Origin: an uncultured virus (IMG/VR IMGVR_UViG_2841629896_000001)
Lineage: Duplodnaviria > Heunggongvirae > Uroviricota > Caudoviricetes
Length of the DNA stretch: 64,000 nt
Reading direction: 5' to 3' (one strand)
Virus record (IMG/VR): IMGVR_UViG_2841629896_000001
Below the pieces are notes generated by a model. That model was not told where the DNA came from. It ran no database searches and worked only from the letters and a program-made list of their open reading frames with translations. Positions 58,891 through 64,000 of the stretch are shown here, in pieces. The stretch's first letter is position 1. Every line of letters starts with the position of its first letter. The position numbers and the translations under genes are program-made.

Positions 58891-59514
58891 TCAAGCGGCT
58901 TTTATTGAGATTCTTTGTATCTCTTGTTCTATTTCTGCTAAAAAAGCTTCGACGGCTTGATTAATCTGTTCAATTTGTTTGTCATCACGGTAGATGCGTT
59001 TGATTTTCATACGCAAGTGAGATGAATCCCCCACAAAACGCGGGTCATAACTGATAAAATCACACCATTTTCGCTCTGTACAAGCCATTTGGAATTGCAT
59101 TTGCGCATGATATTCTGGTTTAATTTCATCATCTATACAAAAGCGTAAATGGTTGATTGATTGTGGACATTTGATTTCGATTAAACCGTTTTCACCAATA
59201 AGCCCATCAGGGCTAGCCCCCGCCATTTTGATTGTGGGGTGTTGGATAAAACCACATTGAGTGATTTCTGTATCATAAATGAATGCATATTCTTTTAGAG
59301 CATCTTCTTCATGTTCAATGCCCCATTGCATAGCCGGCGTTGGATAAGATTGGCTTATTTCACCCGTTAAACGCTCTGTCATAAGTTTGATTTTGTAATC
59401 TTCATATTTGCTTGTAGGAGTTCCCTTTGCTGTTTTACTAATGACGTTATAAACGTTTGAAGCGGTGACTTTGCCTAACCGTGCTTGAAACCATTGTGCT
59501 GTTCTTTGTTCCAT
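58891..59514 (-). CDS. YqaJ/lambda-exonuclease family
   Basis: Close paralog of 49346-49969. Confidence 0.92.
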   Translation of the reverse strand: MEQRTAQWFQARLGKVTASNVYNVISKTAKGTPTSKYEDYKIKLMTERLTGEISQSYPTPAMQWGIEHEEDALKEYAFIYDTEITQCGFIQHPTIKMAGASPDGLIGENGLIEIKCPQSINHLRFCIDDEIKPEYHAQMQFQMACTERKWCDFISYDPRFVGDSSHLRMKIKRIYRDDKQIEQINQAVEAFLAEIEQEIQRISIKAA

Positions 59515-59515
59515 C

Positions 59516-60337
59516 TCACACCGCCGTTTGTTGTTGAGTGGGTGCATATTCGATATCTTGGATATGAATATATTCGGCATCTTGTATAGGCGCGTCTATT
59601 TGCTCTTGTTGCGGGTGAGATTGTAGAGCTCTTTCTTTTTGAATATTTTGCTTTTTTTCCAATAGCTCTAAAATCTCTTGTGCTTTTTCACAAGACAGAT
59701 CTGTTAGGTTTTCGATATTTGCGTAAGAGAGAAGAATATTTTCATTGGTTTGTGTTTCTTTAATTAACAGTTTGATTTGTTCGAGCATGGCATGAGAAAC
59801 AAATTGTACTTGTGTATTCCGGCTTGCTTCATTAATACGCGCTGCTTCATCTTCTTCATAAATGCCAGAAAAGCCAAAAGCGTAGCGAGCGCATTGTATA
59901 GTTGCTTTATGACGTAACATACGAGCGGGGTATTTTTGCCAAGTGTCACTTTTTTGTTTGCATTCATTTAAATATTCGGTGACTTCGATAGGGTCTTGAA
60001 TACCTTTGAGACGAATAGCGCATTTAATGGCAATGATATTACCGTTTTTATCGAGTTGATCTTGAAAGGTCATACCATCAAATTGAGGATTAGATTTAAT
60101 GATCTTAATCCAGCCATCAATAGAGACAACAGGGATAATGCCGCCACCTCTTTTAGGGAGCGCATAGATTTCTTTTGTTAATGGGTTAAGCCCATAAGTA
60201 TTTGCCACCGATATAAAAGCAGCGAATTCTTCATCAGAGAAGTTATGATTGATACAAGTTTTGATAATTGTTTTACGGAATTGATCATGAGAAAATCCAT
60301 ATTTGCTAGCCATTGTTGTTAAAGGAGAATTTGTCAT
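59516..60337 (-). CDS. RecT/Bet-family annealase
   Basis: YGLNPLTKEIY, VSIDGW, W..YPARMLRHKA..QCARYAFG. Confidence 0.92.
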   Translation of the reverse strand: MTNSPLTTMASKYGFSHDQFRKTIIKTCINHNFSDEEFAAFISVANTYGLNPLTKEIYALPKRGGGIIPVVSIDGWIKIIKSNPQFDGMTFQDQLDKNGNIIAIKCAIRLKGIQDPIEVTEYLNECKQKSDTWQKYPARMLRHKATIQCARYAFGFSGIYEEDEAARINEASRNTQVQFVSHAMLEQIKLLIKETQTNENILLSYANIENLTDLSCEKAQEILELLEKKQNIQKERALQSHPQQEQIDAPIQDAEYIHIQDIEYAPTQQQTAV

Positions 60338-60413
60338 TATTGTTTCCTTGATTTGCGCGCAATTCCCCCGTGGCGTGAATCACGCTTGTGTTAAAAGTTG
60401 TTTGGTTTGGTTG

Positions 60414-60944
60414 TTAGAAAGGATTGTAATCCTCTGTTGAAGGTTTGCGGTTATCGCCAATCATGGCTAGTCCAGAAAGTTCAAAGTCTCCATAAACATT
60501 TACATAACCACAGACCAATACCTTGTCGTAAATTTTTGTATTTCCGTAGATAGATGCACCGCAGCAAGCTTTTGCATTTCCATAAATCTGCGCATTTTCA
60601 TAAATCACTGTACCGGAAACACATGCGTTGTCGTAGATACGTGCATTATCGGAAACTTTAGCACCATTGGTAACCTGCGCATTACCAAAAACCTTGGCAT
60701 TTTTACTAACTTGCGAGGCAACATCAACTATCGCATTATCACAAACTACAGCATCATCATAAACAGCGGACAAACCACGAACCCAACAATTTCCATTATG
60801 CGAGAGGTTTCTTTCGTGCTCTACAAAACCACCTAAATCACCAGCCTTTACATCTCCAAAATCTCTCAATGCACGAATGCGATAAGTTAACTTATTTCCG
60901 TATATCCAAGTTGTCTCATCAGTAAGTTCGTATTTTTTTTCCAT
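60414..60944 (-). CDS. Hexapeptide-repeat (LbH) phage protein
   Basis: Conserved N-domain plus 6-aa repeats. Confidence 0.8.
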   Translation of the reverse strand: MEKKYELTDETTWIYGNKLTYRIRALRDFGDVKAGDLGGFVEHERNLSHNGNCWVRGLSAVYDDAVVCDNAIVDVASQVSKNAKVFGNAQVTNGAKVSDNARIYDNACVSGTVIYENAQIYGNAKACCGASIYGNTKIYDKVLVCGYVNVYGDFELSGLAMIGDNRKPSTEDYNPF

Positions 60945-60947
60945 GGT

Positions 60948-61415
60948 TTATTGCTTCTCACGATCTAAGATCACGGTGGATCCACTAATTTTACAATCTC
61001 CAGCAATGTCTACACGACAGCAAATATATGCTTGATTATAAATTTTAGCATTTCCGTAAACGTGTACACTCCCCCCTATAACAGAATTTTCATAAATCCG
61101 TGCATAGCCATAAATTTTGGCATTATCTCTAACAGAAGAACCACTAACTTCGGCATAATCGGAAACTTGTGCATTTTCAGAAACGAGTGCATTCCCATAA
61201 ATCCGCGCATCACCATAAACTTTGGCATTATCATAAACTTGTGCATTGCCAAAAATCCAACAGTCTCCCTTATGGCTTAAGTTGCTCTCTTTTTGTATAA
61301 AACCGCCAAGGTCACCTTTTTTGACATATCCAAAATCTTTTAAGGCACGTATGCGGTGTAGAGTATGTCTATTAACTTCGATTGTCTCATCAGTCAGTTC
61401 GTATTTTTTCACCAT
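60948..61415 (-). CDS. Hexapeptide-repeat (LbH) phage protein
   Basis: NAQVYD/NAKVYG repeats. Confidence 0.8.
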   Translation of the reverse strand: MVKKYELTDETIEVNRHTLHRIRALKDFGYVKKGDLGGFIQKESNLSHKGDCWIFGNAQVYDNAKVYGDARIYGNALVSENAQVSDYAEVSGSSVRDNAKIYGYARIYENSVIGGSVHVYGNAKIYNQAYICCRVDIAGDCKISGSTVILDREKQ

Positions 61416-61810
61416 GCTTTTTCTCCAGTGGACATGATATTATCGCCATCAATATCCGCATCACGATAAATTTTTGCGTCACCATAAATACGTGCATTAC
61501 CGGAAACCGTTGCCATTCCATAAATTTCGGCAAAACCGTAAACATGTGCATTATGTTTAATTCGTGCACTACCATAAACTTCAGCATCATCATAAACTTG
61601 AGCATTATCGTAAACGCAAGCACAAGATAAGACGAATGCATTACCACCTACCCAGCAATTACCATGATGCGATAGGTTGTTTTCATGTTCTATAAAGCCG
61701 CCTAAATTACCTTTTTTAATAACTCCAAAGTCTCTTAAAGCTCGGATACGGTGAAGAGTTACCCCTTTAAACTCAGCTTTCTCATCAGTAAGTTCGTACT
61801 TCTTTTCCAT
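61409..61810 (-). CDS. Hexapeptide-repeat (LbH) phage protein
   Basis: Near-identical to 47587-47976. Confidence 0.8.
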   Translation of the reverse strand: MEKKYELTDEKAEFKGVTLHRIRALRDFGVIKKGNLGGFIEHENNLSHHGNCWVGGNAFVLSCACVYDNAQVYDDAEVYGSARIKHNAHVYGFAEIYGMATVSGNARIYGDAKIYRDADIDGDNIMSTGEKAW

Positions 61811-61822
61811 GGTTTATTGCCT

Positions 61823-62584
61823 TTAATGCATGTTTTGTCGTTTAAATTCTTGAGACAGCAGCCCCATACCTTTTGTTGTGATTTTTGCTGAAGGAATGAC
61901 TTTTTCTGTTCCATTTTCGGTTTGAACAGTGTGTGTTGAGCAATCCATAAGACCTTTTTGGATTTTATCTTGATAAGGCAATAAATGCGCCCCGAAAGTG
62001 CGTCGATACACCCATCCTTTTTTCTGTAGGAACTGAATGAACTGTTTTGGTTGAATTTCGAGAATTTTAGCAGCTTCAGTAAGACCGAAGAGCCCATCAG
62101 CGCGTTGCAAGCTTTCCAAAGCCATTGCTTTTGGTTTTAAATATTCAATGATAGTATCTTGTTGATCTATTTGACTTTGTAGGTAATTCAAAAAGCCCAT
62201 CATAGCTTTTGGACTTGAATAGTCGATTTGTTGTAGTGTTAGTGCCTGCTTTGCACGCCGCTCGCACTCGATAAAGTATAAACGAGCTTGTTTTCCTTTT
62301 TCATTACGCTCTACCATGGAAAGTTCTTTTGCCATTTCCAAGGTGAGATGATAATTAATTGCAATAACAGATCTAGATTTTGCGCTCGCCAAATTTGGTG
62401 ACCGCAAATCTTGTGTTTTTACAAAGTCTTGTCCTTCTATAAAATTGTATCTGCTAATACGGTCCTTAATCCAATTGGAAAAGTCTCGTTTTGCTTCTAA
62501 GAATGCGTGCAAATCACGAGCATTGACTGTTTGAACGTCTTCTCCGTTAACCGTGTTATTTGTAATAGCAATAGGATTATCCAT
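61823..62584 (-). CDS. AntA/AntB plus KilAC antirepressor (early operon, no C4-like leader)
   Basis: VNARDLHAFLE...KITTKG. Confidence 0.88.
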   Translation of the reverse strand: MDNPIAITNNTVNGEDVQTVNARDLHAFLEAKRDFSNWIKDRISRYNFIEGQDFVKTQDLRSPNLASAKSRSVIAINYHLTLEMAKELSMVERNEKGKQARLYFIECERRAKQALTLQQIDYSSPKAMMGFLNYLQSQIDQQDTIIEYLKPKAMALESLQRADGLFGLTEAAKILEIQPKQFIQFLQKKGWVYRRTFGAHLLPYQDKIQKGLMDCSTHTVQTENGTEKVIPSAKITTKGMGLLSQEFKRQNMH

Positions 62585-62664
62585 AAGTTTACTCCGTCCG
62601 ATATTTAATAAGAGGAAAGAGGGGGCGCTCTTAAAAACGCCCTTCATAGTTTTTAAAGCACATC

Positions 62665-63036
62665 TCAAGGATAACGGTTCTGTTCTTCATAGGTACCATA
62701 GACCTCATCATTATATTTTTCTTTTGCTAAATCATCTAAAAGGTCATTGTAAGAAACACTTTCGCGAACAAAGTCATGAACATTACTATTCTCATCGAGA
62801 TGTTCGATATTTTTTTCTACATATGCTTCTGCAATCTCTTCAGAAATGTCTTCACAACTCTTTTCAGAAGGATTTATACGAAAGATTTGTATAACATCAT
62901 CTACCCCATCAACAATGCTTAGAATTTGGCTCGCATCAAGCGGTCCAGACTCTGCAATGTTTTGATCATCATCGCAGGAAACTAGTAAAATTTCATCAGA
63001 ATTTATAAGCACTGGTTTGTTCACAACTACCTCCAT
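62665..63036 (-). CDS. Acidic hypothetical phage protein
   Basis: Paralog of 45685-46060. Confidence 0.65.
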   Translation of the reverse strand: MEVVVNKPVLINSDEILLVSCDDDQNIAESGPLDASQILSIVDGVDDVIQIFRINPSEKSCEDISEEIAEAYVEKNIEHLDENSNVHDFVRESVSYNDLLDDLAKEKYNDEVYGTYEEQNRYP

Positions 63037-63120
63037 TATCAAAATATTTAAATACATTTTGAAAAAAACGCCTTGACATAGGTTTTTTTTTTCAGGGTAT
63101 GGTGCTGTGATAATTGTATT

Positions 63121-63708
63121 TTATGCACAAGTCAACTAAAATTTTGCATAAAACGCAAAAATAAATCTTAAAATATATAATTAATTTATGCGCTATCCAC
63201 AATTTAGGAGATGTTTATGAGCGATATAGATAAAAAAATAGAATCTGTTTTCTCATTATTTAATGAGAAAGAGCAGTTAATTCTTACTTATTTTGTTTTT
63301 AATTTTTTTAATAATTCAAGAAAATCAAGCACCGCTTCTTTGTCGACTGGATCAAGCGATGCACATATTTTCATAAAATCCAAGTCTACTTCTTTATAAA
63401 AACTGGGTGGAGGTTCATTAAAAAATTCAGAAATCTTCACTAGTTCATCTATTGTTATATCTCGCGTTTTCCCATTCTGATAGGTATTAAGCATGCGATT
63501 CACTGCTGACGGGTGTAGCTCTAAATGTAATGCTAATAATGTTTGTGCGCCGTGTCCTCGTTCTTTAAGACGCTCTTTAATCCATAGCTTAAGTTTGGAC
63601 TGAATATCTTGTTCCATAGTTTGTATAATCCTTGAAAATATATTTTTATGCAAATGTGTAAAAATGATAAAAACGCATAATTTTGTTGACTTGTGCATAA
63701 AACGCAAT
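63121..63708. promoter_or_regulatory. Candidate operators/promoters flanking the repressor
   Basis: TGCATAAAACGCA near 63144 and 63694; GTTGACTTGTGCATAAA near 63685 with its reverse complement near 63121. Confidence 0.6.
63288..63617 (-). CDS. HTH repressor of prophage 2 (no peptidase domain)
   Basis: GAQTLLALHLELHPSAVNRML; divergent from cro. Confidence 0.75.
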   Translation of the reverse strand: MEQDIQSKLKLWIKERLKERGHGAQTLLALHLELHPSAVNRMLNTYQNGKTRDITIDELVKISEFFNEPPPSFYKEVDLDFMKICASLDPVDKEAVLDFLELLKKLKTK

Positions 63709-63737
63709 TATTTGTTACGCTGTTATGGAGATTACAT

Positions 63738-64000
63738 ATGCCTGCGAGATTAATTATAAAATATTTAGGCGGTTTAAAAATTGTAGCAGCTATAGTGCAA
63801 AGAGATGCGTCGTCTGTTTCTAGATGGCATGATTTTATACCAGCAAAGCACCAACAAAAATTATTAAATTATGCGCGTGAACATGGGATAGATTTACGTC
63901 CAGAAGATTTTTTTTATCCCGAGCGTTTGCAGTCATTAATGCAAGAGCAACGCCCCCCATTGTCGAAAATTTGCAAGAGCCGCGTTGTTGATCACACCGG
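63738..64000 (+). CDS. Cro-like protein (runs off window)
   Basis: IIKYLGGLKIVAAIVQRDASSVSRW..IPAKHQ. Confidence 0.7.
   Translation, partial: MPARLIIKYLGGLKIVAAIVQRDASSVSRWHDFIPAKHQQKLLNYAREHGIDLRPEDFFYPERLQSLMQEQRPPLSKICKSRVVDHT

Larger units (their letters stand above)
57399..64000. mobile_element. Prophage 2 (int-xis-exo-recT-ant-cI-cro end), continues past window
   Basis: Gene content and att core. Confidence 0.9.

Overview
AT-rich alphaproteobacterial DNA, most likely Bartonella (inferred from protein style, not proven). Prophage 1 (about 1-52.3 kb, left end outside the window) has a lambda-like head and packaging module, a P2-like contractile tail, lysis genes, replication, CI/Cro and ERF/exonuclease genes, and ends at tRNA-Leu(TAA). 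It carries many morons: seven type II toxin-antitoxin (TA) modules, two Dam-family methylases and a GHKL-ATPase/nuclease. A short core stretch follows (ilvA, a secreted protein, a DEAD-box helicase), then the int-to-cro end of prophage 2, bounded by a tRNA-Asn-like att core. The main finding is five copies of a roughly 275-nt non-coding leader with the architecture of the P1/P7 C4 antisense switch (tandem promoters, a1-b1, a 3-way-junction RNA carrying b' and a', then a2-b2 over the Shine-Dalgarno), each ahead of an antirepressor-like gene. Each copy has its own covarying a/b code, and the four complete cassettes each end tail-to-tail against a TA module. Caution: about 41.5-49.3 kb is low quality (Illumina adapter, Ns, homopolymer deletions), so frameshifts there are probably artefacts.
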